64,000 nt of DNA, taken from contig OZ253375.1 in the NCBI GenBank assembly GCA_965261005.1, positions 608,001 through 672,000 of the forward strand, read 5' to 3'. Origin of the DNA: Deinococcus sp. (lineage in GTDB: Bacteria; Deinococcota; Deinococci; Deinococcales; Deinococcaceae). The notes beneath the pieces are model-generated. The model ran no database searches. It had not been told where the DNA came from and saw only the letters and a program-made list of their open reading frames with translations. Made by a program: the position numbers and the translations under genes. Shown here in pieces: positions 23,985-33,842 of the stretch (the first letter of the stretch is position 1; each line of letters starts with the position of its first letter).

Positions 23985-25145
23985 GTGGCTTTTCGTGACT
24001 TGTGGCAGCTCGCGCTGCGCGGCCTGACCCGCCGGGCGGTGCGCACCCTTCTGACCGCCCTGGGCATCACGGTGGCGGTCGCCAGCATGGTCATCTTTCT
24101 GTCCCTGGGCGAGGGCATTCGCAAGGTGTTCGCGCAGCAGCTCGGCAGCATCGGGCCGGACATCCAGGTGTCCCTCAACGGTATAGACCAGGGGTTCGCG
24201 CCCACGCCCAACTTGCCGGAGAGCACCGTAGCCCAGGTACAGGCTTTGTCAGGGCAGCTCGGCATCAAGAGCGTCATTCCGGTGGTCATCAGCGTGCGCG
24301 GGGGACTCGACCCCAGTTCCAGCTACGTGCTGTACGGCTTACCGGCGGCGGGCGGCACACAAGAGGTTTTTCCGAACAGCGAAATTGGGACCGGGCGGCG
24401 GCTGACGGCGGCCGACGAGGGCGGCCCGGTCGCGGTGGTCGGCGCCAAGGCGGCCCAGAACGGCGGCCTCAAGGTCGGCAGCACCCTGCGCCTGACCCGG
24501 CGCGACAGCGTCAAGGTGGTCGGGGTCCTGAAAGAATCCGGCGGCCTGACCGACTCCTTTATTTTGTTGCCGGTGGGCACCTTGCAACGCGCCCTGAACG
24601 CCCAGAACCGCCTCTCCATCGTGGCGGTCAAGCTGAACAACCCCGCCGACGCGCGCGCAGCGGCCCAAGTGATCGGCGACAAGCTGGAATTGGAGGCGCA
24701 GACCCAGGCCGACTTTCTGAAGTTCCTCGACAAGGCCCTCAACATCTCCGACGCCATCCGCTTCGGCATCTCGCTGATCGCGTTGATCGTGGGCGGCCTG
24801 GCCGTCGCCAACACCGTCATGATGGGCGTCTTCGAGCGCACCAGGGAGTTCGGCACCCTGCGGGCCATCGGCGCGAGGCCCGCCTTCGTGCGCGCCCTGG
24901 TCTTGACCGAGAGCTTGCTGCTGTCGCTGCTGGGCGGCGTCGGCGGGGTGCTGCTGGGCCTGCTGGGGATTGTGGTCGTCAACTTCTACACCCAGCGCTT
25001 CGCCGGCGTGGACATGGCCGCCCTGACCCCCCGCCTGACCGCGCTGGCGCTGCTGATCTCGCTGCTGCTGGGCCTGCTGGCGGGCTTGCTGCCAGCCAGG
25101 TCGGCGGGGCGGGTGCGGATTACCGAGGCGTTGGGGCGGGTGTGA
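23985..25145 (+). CDS. ABC transporter permease, FtsX/MacB-like
   Basis: RTLLTALGI, periplasmic domain, [22 protein letters not shown]. Confidence 0.9.
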   Translation: MAFRDLWQLALRGLTRRAVRTLLTALGITVAVASMVIFLSLGEGIRKVFAQQLGSIGPDIQVSLNGIDQGFAPTPNLPESTVAQVQALSGQLGIKSVIPVVISVRGGLDPSSSYVLYGLPAAGGTQEVFPNSEIGTGRRLTAADEGGPVAVVGAKAAQNGGLKVGSTLRLTRRDSVKVVGVLKESGGLTDSFILLPVGTLQRALNAQNRLSIVAVKLNNPADARAAAQVIGDKLELEAQTQADFLKFLDKALNISDAIRFGISLIALIVGGLAVANTVMMGVFERTREFGTLRAIGARPAFVRALVLTESLLLSLLGGVGGVLLGLLGIVVVNFYTQRFAGVDMAALTPRLTALALLISLLLGLLAGLLPARSAGRVRITEALGRV

Positions 25146-25152
25146 AATCAGT

Positions 25153-26070
25153 TCAGCCGACTTCGAGGACGATCTTGCCCACGGTGCGGCCGGTCTCCAG
25201 GGCGCGGTGGGCGTCCGGGGCGCGTTCCAGCGGGAAGGTCTGGCTGACGTGCGGCCTCAGCTCGCCCGCCGCTATGCGCGCGGATAGAAATTCGAGGTCT
25301 GCGCGCGAGGGGTGGACCAGCACGCGCTCGGCCTGGACGCCGCGCCGCCGGGCCTCCTCGCTGGGGGGCTGCCCCACGATGGTCACCAGCACGCCGCCGG
25401 GCTTGAGCACCGCCAGCGAGCGGGTCTGGGTTTCACCGCCCACGGCGTCCAGCACCGCGTCCACGCCTGACACCTGCTGCTCGAAGGGGTGCGCGCGGTA
25501 GTCCACGAACTCGTCCGCGCCCAGGCCCAGCACGAAGTCCCGGTTGCCGGCCGAGGCCGTGCCGATCACCCGCGCGCCCCTGGCCTTGGCGAGCTGCACC
25601 GCGAAGTGCCCCACCCCGCCGGCGGCGGCGTGAATCAGCACGGTCTGGCCCCGTTCCAAATTCATCTTCTCAAACGCCTGGTGGGCGGTCAGGGCCGCCA
25701 AGGTCGTCGCTGCCGCGCCCGTGTGATTCAGGCCCTGCGGTTTGAGCGCGAGGTCGGAGGCCGGCGCGCTGACGTACTCGGCGTAGGCGCGGCCCTCCCC
25801 CGGAAAGCGAATCATCCCGTACACCTCGTCGCCCACCTTGAGATCGGTCACGTCCGGCCCGAGGGCGTCCACCACCCCGGAGACGTCCCAGCCGAGCACC
25901 ACCGGGAAGTCCCCAAATGGCCCGTTTTGGCGCCACTTGTAATCCACCGGGTTGACGCTCGCCGCCAGAAGCCGAATTCGCACCTCACCGCCGGCGGGCT
26001 GGGGCATCGGCAGGTCCTCAAGGGAGAGCACGTCGGGGCCGCCGTAGCGGTGGAGTGTCATGGCTTTCAT
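25153..26070 (-). CDS. NADP-dependent oxidoreductase (MDR/quinone reductase-like)
   Basis: SVNPVDYK, LGWDVSG, AAAGGVGHFAVQLA and GKIVL motifs. Confidence 0.9.
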   Translation of the reverse strand: MKAMTLHRYGGPDVLSLEDLPMPQPAGGEVRIRLLAASVNPVDYKWRQNGPFGDFPVVLGWDVSGVVDALGPDVTDLKVGDEVYGMIRFPGEGRAYAEYVSAPASDLALKPQGLNHTGAAATTLAALTAHQAFEKMNLERGQTVLIHAAAGGVGHFAVQLAKARGARVIGTASAGNRDFVLGLGADEFVDYRAHPFEQQVSGVDAVLDAVGGETQTRSLAVLKPGGVLVTIVGQPPSEEARRRGVQAERVLVHPSRADLEFLSARIAAGELRPHVSQTFPLERAPDAHRALETGRTVGKIVLEVG

Positions 26071-26106
26071 CAGGCCCGGAGTCTAGGCCGCCACATTCCC
26101 TTTCAC

Positions 26107-26147
26107 AAGTACGCACATTTTGAATCTGTACGACCTTTTTTGATACT
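26107..26147. promoter_or_regulatory. Putative HxlR/HypR-type operator (two direct repeats)
   Basis: Minus strand GTATCAAAAAAGGTCGTAC and GATTCAAAATGTGCGTAC between the divergent oxidoreductase and HxlR genes. Confidence 0.5.
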
Positions 26148-26169
26148 GGGGGGCCGCTACACTGCGCCC

Positions 26170-26544
26170 ATGACCCGAGCGAAGCGCCAGAACTGTGCCC
26201 ACGGCTGCGCGGTGACGACCACGGTGGATTTGATCGGCGGCAAGTGGAAAACGGTGGCCTTGTACCACTTGCTAGAGCAACCCAAGCGTTTCTCCGAGCT
26301 GCAACGCAAGCTGCCCGGCGTGACCCAGCGCATGCTCACCCTGCAACTGCGCGAGCTTGAGGCCGACGGCCTGATTCACCGCGAGGTCTATCCCCAGGTG
26401 CCGCCCAAGGTCGTGTACTCCGTCACCGAACTGGGGCGCAGCTTGGAGCCGATTGTGCGGGCCATGCTGACGTGGGGCGAGGCGTATCTGGCCCGGACAA
26501 CGGGGAAAAGAGAGGACGCGGAGGCCACCCAGCCACTCGCTTGA
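26170..26544 (+). CDS. HxlR/DUF24 family winged-helix regulator
   Basis: GCAV..TVDLIGGKWK, RFSELQR, LRELEADG and YPQVPPKVVYS motifs; TACACT 6 nt before ATG. Confidence 0.92.
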   Translation: MTRAKRQNCAHGCAVTTTVDLIGGKWKTVALYHLLEQPKRFSELQRKLPGVTQRMLTLQLRELEADGLIHREVYPQVPPKVVYSVTELGRSLEPIVRAMLTWGEAYLARTTGKREDAEATQPLA

Positions 26545-26679
26545 AGCGTGAGTCATTTAGAGCGCCAGGTCGGCCGTGAGCAAGAACCTTCCATAAGTTT
26601 GAAGGTTTTTGTGCATTCACTCGGCACGACGCTCCTCGGCCTTCCTGCGGCCGGCGCCGGCAGCTGATAGCGTTTCCTC

Positions 26680-27351
26680 ATGCTCGAACTGCGCGACGTC
26701 ACCAAAACCTACCCCAGCGGCGAGGGCAGCGTCACGGCTCTGCATGGCGTCAGCCACAGCTTCGCCCCCGGCCTGACCGCCATCGTCGGGCCGTCGGGCA
26801 GCGGCAAGAGCACCCTGCTGAACCTGATGGCCGGCTTCGACGTGCCCAGCGCGGGCGAGGTGCTGATTGACGGCCGCAACATCGCCGGCATGAGCGAGGC
26901 GGGCCGGGCCGAGCTGCGGCTGGCGCGCTTCGGCTTCGTGTTCCAGAACTACAATTTGGTCGCCATCCTGAGCGCTCAGGAAAACGTGGAGTTTCCGCTG
27001 GCCTTGGCGCGGGTGCCCCGTCCCGAGCGGGCCAGGCGGGCGGCGGCGTTGCTGACAGAAGTCGGCCTCGGGGGACGCGCCGGCCATCTCCCTTCCCAGC
27101 TCTCGGGCGGCGAGCAGCAGCGCGTCGCCATCGCCCGCGCCCTGATCACGGACCCGCCCATTCTGCTGGCCGACGAGCCGACCGGCAACCTCGACAGCAA
27201 GACCGGCGCCCAGATTCTGGAGCTGCTGCTGGCGCCGGCGCGGGCGGGCAAAACGGTGGTCCTGATCACCCACGACGCCGAGGTGGCCGCCAGGGCGGGG
27301 CGGGTGCTGCACATCCGCGACGGGGTGCTGACGGAGCAGGTGCGGGGGTGA
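26680..27351 (+). CDS. ABC transporter ATP-binding protein (LolD/MacB-like)
   Basis: [23 protein letters not shown] and [10 protein letters not shown] motifs. Confidence 0.92.
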   Translation: MLELRDVTKTYPSGEGSVTALHGVSHSFAPGLTAIVGPSGSGKSTLLNLMAGFDVPSAGEVLIDGRNIAGMSEAGRAELRLARFGFVFQNYNLVAILSAQENVEFPLALARVPRPERARRAAALLTEVGLGGRAGHLPSQLSGGEQQRVAIARALITDPPILLADEPTGNLDSKTGAQILELLLAPARAGKTVVLITHDAEVAARAGRVLHIRDGVLTEQVRG

Positions 27352-28292
27352 GCGACTGGCCGCGCGCAGGGATTGCTGCCTTGCTCAAACACGCTTTGCC
27401 CCAAGCACGCCTGCTTGACCTGGAACCGCTGGGCGGCGGCTACGCCAACACCGTGCTGCGCGCCCAGCTGAGCGGTCCCGTGTCCAGCGCCGTGGTGAGG
27501 CTGTGGCGGCGCGACCCGGCCAGCTGCGAAACCGAGCTGGGAGTGCTAGAGCGTGTGCGTCCGCTGTTACCGGTGCCCCGCGTGCTGGCCGCCGACCCTG
27601 GCGGCGAGCTGTGCGGCCTGCCCGCCGCCCTTCAGGAAGACGTGCCCGGCGTGCGCGCGGACTTGGCGCTGGCAGCGGCCACGCCGGCGGAAGCGCAGGA
27701 GATCGGCGCGCTGCTGGGCGGGGCGTTCGCTTCCCTGCGTGAGATCACCTTTGAGGACGCGGGCTTCTTCGAGGATCGGCAGCTGAGCGTCCGGCCGATG
27801 CCAATTGAGCCGGCCTCACAACAGCTGCTGGCATTTGCAGAACCCCCAATCTGGAGCGGCGCCGCCCGCGCGGCGCTGGGGGAAGCCGTTCAGCGGGGAT
27901 GGTGGGCCTTGATCGAGGAAAGCGCGCCCCTGCTGGACCGCCAGACGGGGTGGCCCGCGCTGGTCCACGCGGACGCCAACCCGAAGAATGTCTTGCTGCG
28001 GCGCTCAGAACGGGGCTGGGCGCTTGCGGCCGTGCTGGACTGGGAGTTTGCCTTTGCCGGCTCGAATCTGATGGACCTGGGCAACTTGCTACGCTTCGAG
28101 CCGCGCGGCGGTTCACCCTTCATGGAGGGCGTAGTCAGGGGCTGGGGTGAACCGCTTCCACCAGACGCGCTCAGCGTCGCCCGGACGCTGGACGTGTTCT
28201 CGCTGTGCGGCTTCGTGGCAAGTGATCAGAACGCCTTGCACGGGCAAGTCGTGGCGCTTGTTCGGCGTTGCGTGCGCGAGGGGCGGCTGTAA
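27348..28292 (+). CDS. Aminoglycoside phosphotransferase/choline kinase-like (APH) family protein
   Basis: [19 protein letters not shown] and LDWEFA motifs. Confidence 0.85.
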   Translation: MSDWPRAGIAALLKHALPQARLLDLEPLGGGYANTVLRAQLSGPVSSAVVRLWRRDPASCETELGVLERVRPLLPVPRVLAADPGGELCGLPAALQEDVPGVRADLALAAATPAEAQEIGALLGGAFASLREITFEDAGFFEDRQLSVRPMPIEPASQQLLAFAEPPIWSGAARAALGEAVQRGWWALIEESAPLLDRQTGWPALVHADANPKNVLLRRSERGWALAAVLDWEFAFAGSNLMDLGNLLRFEPRGGSPFMEGVVRGWGEPLPPDALSVARTLDVFSLCGFVASDQNALHGQVVALVRRCVREGRL

Positions 28293-28348
28293 GCGGAGCG
28301 GTCCTCACCACCTTTAGAACTGCTTGAGAAATACGCTATCTTGCCGCC

Positions 28349-30136
28349 GTGACTGACCAGCGCGACCCGGAGCAGACCCTGTCGCTCTCCCTGAGCGCCC
28401 AGCTTCAGGCGGCCAACGACGCCCTTACCGAGGCGCGGGCGCAGATCGAGGTGTTCGAGGCTTTTATCGCGTTGACGCAGGCGGCGGCGAGCACGGGCGA
28501 CCTGACCGTGCTGGCAGAGCGCGCCGAGGAGGTGTTGCGCGCCAGCATTCCCGGCCTGCTGGCCGCCTATTACGAGTTAGGGGACGACCGCTGGGTGGCG
28601 CAGGTCTCAACCGACGCCGTCCCGGACGCCCTGCTTCAGGTGATCCGGCAGGGCCTCTCTCAGGACACGCCCCCCTTCGCGCGGGCCGTGAGTGAGGGGG
28701 GGCCGGTCTTCTTCGAGCATTGGGACGCCGAGGAACAGCGCGTCCCCTTCACCGAGCTGTTCGACTCGGTCGCCCTCGCGCCGTTCTGCCGTGAGGGTCA
28801 GCCGGTCACCATGTTGACGGTGGGCTTCGGCGGCGGGGGGTGGACGCCGCAGCGGCGGCAGCTCTTCACCGCCGTTTATCAGGCCATGAACACCGCCCAG
28901 CAGCGGGCCACCCTGGACGAGCAGCGCGAGCGCCGCCAAGCGCTCGAAGCTTTTGTGACGCTGACCGAGGCCGTCGGCACCGAGACCGACCGCGTCCGCC
29001 TGGCCGAGCGGGCCAGGGACCTTCTCAAGGAGACTCAGCCCGAATGGTTGGTCACCTACTACGAGTTGCAGGGCGGTCTCTGGAGGGCGCTGGTGACCGA
29101 CGTGCCGGACCCGGAGCTGCGCGCCTCGCTGCTGGCCGGGTTGCCGCAGGGGACGCCCGGCTTCGCGGCGGCGATGCAAAGCGCTGGGCCGGTGTTCTTC
29201 GAGGACTGGAACGCGGGAGAGCAGCAGATCGAGTTGACGGAAGCTTACGGGGCCGCCGCCTTTTACCCGTACCTGCACGGGGGCGAGGCCCGCGCCATGT
29301 TCACGGTCGGCAGCCGTCAGCGCCGCCGCTGGTCCGCGACCGACCAGGCCGTGTTCGTCGCCGTCGGCCGCAGCCTCGCCCTCGCGCTTGACCGGGTTTG
29401 GAACGCCGCCGAGTTGGAGGGCAGCTACCTCTCGCTCAGCCGCAGCAACCGGGAATTGCAGTCCGCCAACGAGGAACTTGAAGCCTTTACTTACAGCGCG
29501 TCCCACGACTTGCGTACCCCCGTGCGGCACGTCCGCAGCTTCTCGGAGCTGGCCCGCAAGGCGCTCCGGGGAGGCGACCTCGACAAGGCCGCGCACCACA
29601 TGGAGGTGGTGGAAACGGCGGCGGGGCGTATGGGTTCCCTGATTGACGCGATGCTGGAATTGTCGCGCACCACCCGGCAAGTTCTGAAAAAAGAGGCCGT
29701 GGACCTGGGCCGCCTGTTCGAGCAGGCCCAGCAGGACGTGGAGGGCGACGCGCAGGGCCGGCACATCGAGTGGCAGGTCGGCCCCCTGCCCACCGTCCGG
29801 GGCGACCGCGCCACCCTGCAACAGGTGATGACCAACCTGATCAGCAACGCGGTCAAGTTCACCCGCACACGGGAGCACGCGGTAATCGAGGTCTTGGCGC
29901 AGGACCGACCCGACGAGTGGCTGACCCTGGTGCGCGACAACGGGGCGGGCTTCGATCCGGCGTACGGGGACAAGCTGTTCAAGGTCTTTCAACGCCTGCA
30001 CGCCCAAAAGGACTTCGAGGGCACCGGCGTGGGGCTGGCCACCGTCCGGCGCATTATTCTGCGCCACGGGGGCCGGGTCTTCGCCAGCGGCGAAAAGGGC
30101 CAGGGCGCCACCTTCGGCTTCTCGCTGCCCAAGTAG
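28349..30136 (+). CDS. GAF-GAF sensor histidine kinase
   Basis: Two internally repeated GAF-like units; H-box SASHDLRTP, NLISNAVKF, DNGAGF and GTGVGL. Confidence 0.9.
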   Translation: MTDQRDPEQTLSLSLSAQLQAANDALTEARAQIEVFEAFIALTQAAASTGDLTVLAERAEEVLRASIPGLLAAYYELGDDRWVAQVSTDAVPDALLQVIRQGLSQDTPPFARAVSEGGPVFFEHWDAEEQRVPFTELFDSVALAPFCREGQPVTMLTVGFGGGGWTPQRRQLFTAVYQAMNTAQQRATLDEQRERRQALEAFVTLTEAVGTETDRVRLAERARDLLKETQPEWLVTYYELQGGLWRALVTDVPDPELRASLLAGLPQGTPGFAAAMQSAGPVFFEDWNAGEQQIELTEAYGAAAFYPYLHGGEARAMFTVGSRQRRRWSATDQAVFVAVGRSLALALDRVWNAAELEGSYLSLSRSNRELQSANEELEAFTYSASHDLRTPVRHVRSFSELARKALRGGDLDKAAHHMEVVETAAGRMGSLIDAMLELSRTTRQVLKKEAVDLGRLFEQAQQDVEGDAQGRHIEWQVGPLPTVRGDRATLQQVMTNLISNAVKFTRTREHAVIEVLAQDRPDEWLTLVRDNGAGFDPAYGDKLFKVFQRLHAQKDFEGTGVGLATVRRIILRHGGRVFASGEKGQGATFGFSLPK

Positions 30137-30190
30137 TGACAAGCCGGGCAATGTAGCCGGACTGCCGCCCTTTCATGCTCTACTCTTCCC

Positions 30191-31252
30191 ATGCAACCGC
30201 GCGCCCGCGCCCGCATTTCGGTGGACGCCCTGCGCCACAATCTTGAGGTGCTGTCCGAGCGCGCCGGCGCCCCCGTGCTGCTGCCGGTCAAGGCGGACGC
30301 CTACGGACACGGGGCGCCCCTGGTGGCGCGGGCCACAGCCGGACTGCCGCAGGTGTGGGGCTACGGGGTCGCCACGCCGGGCGAGGCGCTGGAACTCGCC
30401 TCCCTCAGCCTCGGTAAGCCGACGCTGCTGCTCACGCCCGCCGCCCCAGAGGAGTTAGCCGAGCTGGCGGGGTTGGGCGTGCGGGTGACGGTCTCGACGC
30501 TAGAAGAGGCCCGCGCCCTGCCAAAAGGCGCCCGCGCCCACCTCAAGATCAACACCGGCATGAACCGCCTGGGTGTGCGGCCGGAAGCGGCGCCCGGAGT
30601 CGCCCGCGAGCTGGAGAAAAAGGGCGTGCTGGAGGGCATCTTCACCCACTTCGCCAGCTCGGAGGGGCCGGACCTCGCGGGCGCGAGAGGGCAGCTCGAA
30701 ATCTTTCGGGCCGCTTCCGCCAAGCTCCCCCCCGCCCTGCGGCACGCCAGCAACTCGGGCGCGGTGTTTAACTTCGGCCCGGAGGCCGCCTTCGACCTGA
30801 TCCGCCCCGGCATCGCCGCCTACGGCTACGCGCCGGACGCGCATTTGCGCGGGCAGTTGCCGCTCAGGCCGGCGCTGCGCCTCGAAGCCCGCGTGAACCA
30901 TGTCCACACCGTCCCGGTTGGCGAGTCGGTCAGCTACGGCGCCTTGTGGACGGCGACCCAGGAGACCGAGGTCGCCGTGATTGGCATGGGCTACGCGGAC
31001 GGCTACCCCCGGCCCGCCACCGGGCGGGCACAGATCAGCGTGCGCGGCAAGCTCCGGCCGGTGCTGGGCAGAATTTGCATGGACCAAGTGATGCTGGACG
31101 TGACCGGGCTGGGCGTGCGGCCGGGCGAGTGGGTCGAGCTGCTGGGGCCGGGCGGTGTGGACGCGGACCGGGTCGCAGAATGGGCCGGCACCATTAGCTA
31201 CGAGGTGCTGACGGGGCTGGGCCGGCGGATAGAACGAACGCTGGCGCCCTAG
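30191..31252 (+). CDS. alr: Alanine racemase
   Basis: VKADAYGHG, TGMNRLG, VSYG, GYADG and GRICMDQ motifs. Confidence 0.95.
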   Translation: MQPRARARISVDALRHNLEVLSERAGAPVLLPVKADAYGHGAPLVARATAGLPQVWGYGVATPGEALELASLSLGKPTLLLTPAAPEELAELAGLGVRVTVSTLEEARALPKGARAHLKINTGMNRLGVRPEAAPGVARELEKKGVLEGIFTHFASSEGPDLAGARGQLEIFRAASAKLPPALRHASNSGAVFNFGPEAAFDLIRPGIAAYGYAPDAHLRGQLPLRPALRLEARVNHVHTVPVGESVSYGALWTATQETEVAVIGMGYADGYPRPATGRAQISVRGKLRPVLGRICMDQVMLDVTGLGVRPGEWVELLGPGGVDADRVAEWAGTISYEVLTGLGRRIERTLAP

Positions 31253-31388
31253 AGCATTTGTCAATTCTATTGCGCGACTTCGGCTCCGCCTACGTCGCTC
31301 CATGCCATTGCCAAACGCTCTCCTGTTGCTACTCGTTCCACTCGGGAAGTATTGAGAAGAGCACTCAATACTTCTGACAAACGCTCTA
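31250..31388. mobile_element. MITE/SNR-like element with 14-bp terminal inverted repeats
   Basis: TAGAGCATTTGTCA ... TGACAAACGCTCTA (1 mismatch), TA at both ends, internal 11-bp hairpin at 31346-31374. Confidence 0.75.
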
Positions 31389-32066
31389 ATCTCTTTTCTG
31401 CGCCAGCCAGATGGTGTGGCGCGCCCCCTTGCCCTCGCGCGCACGCGCCGTCTCGATCTTCACCTGGAAGCCCGCCTTTTTCAGGCGCGCGGTAAACCCC
31501 GTGTCCGGCTCGACCGACCAGACGGCCAACATTCCGCCCGGCCGCAACGCTTTCAAAGTGGTCGCCAGGCCCGCCGCCGAGTAGAGCCGGTCGTTCTCGC
31601 GGCGGACCATGCCCTCGGGGCCGTTGTCCACGTCCAGCAGCACGGCGTCAAAGGTGCCCGCGCTGTTTTGCAAGAGTTCGGCCACGTCGCCGAGGTGAAC
31701 CTGAACTCGAGCGTCGCGCAGGGGATAACCGGCGCATTCACCCAGCGGCCCCCGGTTCCACTCCACGACCTCGGGCACCAACTCCGCCACCACGATTTCG
31801 GCGCCGGGGCCGGTGGCGCGCAACGTCGCCGCCAGCGTGAAGCCCATGCCGAGACCGCCGACCAGCACGCGGGACTGCGCTCTCCCGGCGATGGGGGCAC
31901 AGGCCAGCTCGGCCAGGGCTTCCTCGGAGGCGTGCCGGCGGCTGTTCATCAGCTCGCTGACGTAGCCAGAGATGCGAATGGAGAACTCGTCGCCGCGCCG
32001 AAACAGACAGAGTTCATCACGGCTGCCCGGAATGGGCGCGCGGCCGAGGGCGGTCCAGGGGATCAC
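31386..32066 (-). CDS. Spermidine synthase-like SAM-dependent methyltransferase
   Basis: LMNSRRHASEEALA, VLVGGLGMGFT and LLDVDNGP motifs. Confidence 0.8.
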   Translation of the reverse strand: MIPWTALGRAPIPGSRDELCLFRRGDEFSIRISGYVSELMNSRRHASEEALAELACAPIAGRAQSRVLVGGLGMGFTLAATLRATGPGAEIVVAELVPEVVEWNRGPLGECAGYPLRDARVQVHLGDVAELLQNSAGTFDAVLLDVDNGPEGMVRRENDRLYSAAGLATTLKALRPGGMLAVWSVEPDTGFTARLKKAGFQVKIETARAREGKGARHTIWLAQKRD

Positions 32067-32107
32067 CGCAACCTCACCGCCCTTATCAGAAATCGCATCC
32101 GGTCAGC

Positions 32108-33130
32108 TTAGCGCGCCCCCACCTCCGCGCGGGTCCACTCGGCGTACTCTTCCAGCTTGTCCCAGGCGGCGCCCGACGCGAGAATGTCACGCGCCAGTTC
32201 CACGCCGCCGCGCACGTCCTCCGCCTTGCCCGCCACGTACAGGGCCGCCCCGGCGTTCAGCAGGATCACGTCGCGCTGGGCGGGCGTGCCGCGCCCCCGC
32301 AAAATCTCGCGGGTGATCAGGGCGTTCTCGGCCGCGTCGCCACCGGCGAGGGCGGCGCGGGGATGCTCCTCGACCCCAACTTGCTCGGGGCGCAGGGTGT
32401 AGTGGCGCAACTCGCCCCCCTTCAGCTCGGACACGGCCGTCTCGCCGCACACGGTCAGCTCGTCGAGGCCCGCGCCGTGAACCACCATCGCCGCCTGGCT
32501 GCCCAGCAAGCGCAGCACCTCGGCCAGCTTGCCCGTGAGGTCGGGGGCGAACACGCCGATCAGTTGGTGGGTCGCGCCCGCCGGGTTGGTGATAGGGCCG
32601 AGGACGTTGAAGACCGTGCGGATGCCCAGTTCGGCGCGCACCGGGGCCGCGAAGCGCATGGCCGGGTGGTAGGTGCGTGCGAACATGAAGCCGATGCCGA
32701 GGTCGTCCACCGCCCCGGCGATGTTCTCGGGGCCAGCCTCCAGGTTCACCCCCAACGCCTCCAGCACGTCGGCGCTGCCCGCCTTGCTGCTGGCCGCGCG
32801 GTTGCCGTGCTTGGCGACCCGCACCCCCCCCGCCGCCACCACAAAGGCCGCCGTGGTGGAGATGTTAAAGGTGTGCGCCCCGTCCCCCCCGGTGCCGCAG
32901 GTGTCGAGCAGGGGACCACCCGACCGGATGGGCGGCCGGAGGGCCAACTCGCGCATGGCCCCCGCGAAGCCCGCGATCTCCTGGGGCGTCTCGCCGCGCA
33001 CCCGCAGCGCCGCCAAGGCTGCCGCCAGGCGCACGGCGCTCACGTCGCCGGTCATCACCTCGCGCATAAAGGCCGCCGCCTCGCTTTGGGACAGCGTCTC
33101 GCCGTTCATCAGCTTGCCGAGGGTGCTCAC
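32108..33130 (-). CDS. trpD: Anthranilate phosphoribosyltransferase
   Basis: [29 protein letters not shown] and GLDE motifs; GTGA-coupled to trpG. Confidence 0.96.
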   Translation of the reverse strand: MSTLGKLMNGETLSQSEAAAFMREVMTGDVSAVRLAAALAALRVRGETPQEIAGFAGAMRELALRPPIRSGGPLLDTCGTGGDGAHTFNISTTAAFVVAAGGVRVAKHGNRAASSKAGSADVLEALGVNLEAGPENIAGAVDDLGIGFMFARTYHPAMRFAAPVRAELGIRTVFNVLGPITNPAGATHQLIGVFAPDLTGKLAEVLRLLGSQAAMVVHGAGLDELTVCGETAVSELKGGELRHYTLRPEQVGVEEHPRAALAGGDAAENALITREILRGRGTPAQRDVILLNAGAALYVAGKAEDVRGGVELARDILASGAAWDKLEEYAEWTRAEVGAR

Positions 33131-33720
33131 CGGGCCGCCCGCTCCAAAAAGTTCGCCAGCAGCCGCATCCCGCCCTCGCTCGCCACGCTTTCGGGGTGGA
33201 ACTGCACGCCGTACAGCGGAAAGTCGCGGTGCTTGAGGGCCATCAGGGTTCGGGTGCCGTCCGGCTCGGTCGCCCAGGCGGTCGGAATCAAGTCTTCCGG
33301 CAGGTTCTCGACCGTCAGCGAGTGGTAGCGCGTGACGGTCAACTCTGCGGGCAGGTCCGCAAAAATTCCCTCGCCGTCGTGCTCGATCACGCTGGTCTTG
33401 CCGTGCATCAGGTGGGCCGCCCGCACGACCTTCGCCCCGAACGCCTGCCCCATGCTTTGGTGCCCGAGGCACACGCCCAGCATGGGAATCTCGGCCCCGT
33501 AGCGCTCGATCACCGCGACGCTCAGCCCCGCGTCGGTGGGCGTGCAGGGGCCGGGCGAAATGACGATGGCGCCCGGGTTCAGCTTGCCAATGTCCTCCAA
33601 GCCAAAGGCGTCGTTGCGCCACACCGTCAGCTGGCAGCCGAGTTCGCCGAGGTACTGGACTAGGTTGTAGGTGAAGGAGTCGTAGTTGTCTATGACGAGG
33701 ACGTGGGGGGATGGGGACAT
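33127..33720 (-). CDS. trpG: Anthranilate synthase component II (glutamine amidotransferase)
   Basis: [22 protein letters not shown] and QFHPES motifs; SD AGGAG before ATG 33720. Confidence 0.95.
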   Translation of the reverse strand: MSPSPHVLVIDNYDSFTYNLVQYLGELGCQLTVWRNDAFGLEDIGKLNPGAIVISPGPCTPTDAGLSVAVIERYGAEIPMLGVCLGHQSMGQAFGAKVVRAAHLMHGKTSVIEHDGEGIFADLPAELTVTRYHSLTVENLPEDLIPTAWATEPDGTRTLMALKHRDFPLYGVQFHPESVASEGGMRLLANFLERAAR

Positions 33721-33790
33721 CGGTTGTTCTCCTGGTGGGTGATGTGGGGCGGGTTTGCCGGTGGGTGGAGGGGAGAGTTCGTTCGTGGGT

Positions 33791-33819
33791 GTAGGGGAGG
33801 GTTTGAAACCCTCCCCTAC
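33791..33819. repeat. GTAG-type REP palindrome
   Basis: Perfect 29-bp palindrome GTAGGGGAGGGTTT-G-AAACCCTCCCCTAC in the trpE-trpG spacer. Confidence 0.85.
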
Positions 33820-33842
33820 CGCGCCCACCGTGTGCCGGGTCA

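Noticed and set aside
13696..30136. Rcp1-like regulator and GAF kinase as a phytochrome system
   Set aside because: The genes are about 14 kb apart and I saw no PAS-GAF-PHY chromophore motifs in the kinase; pairing is unsupported.
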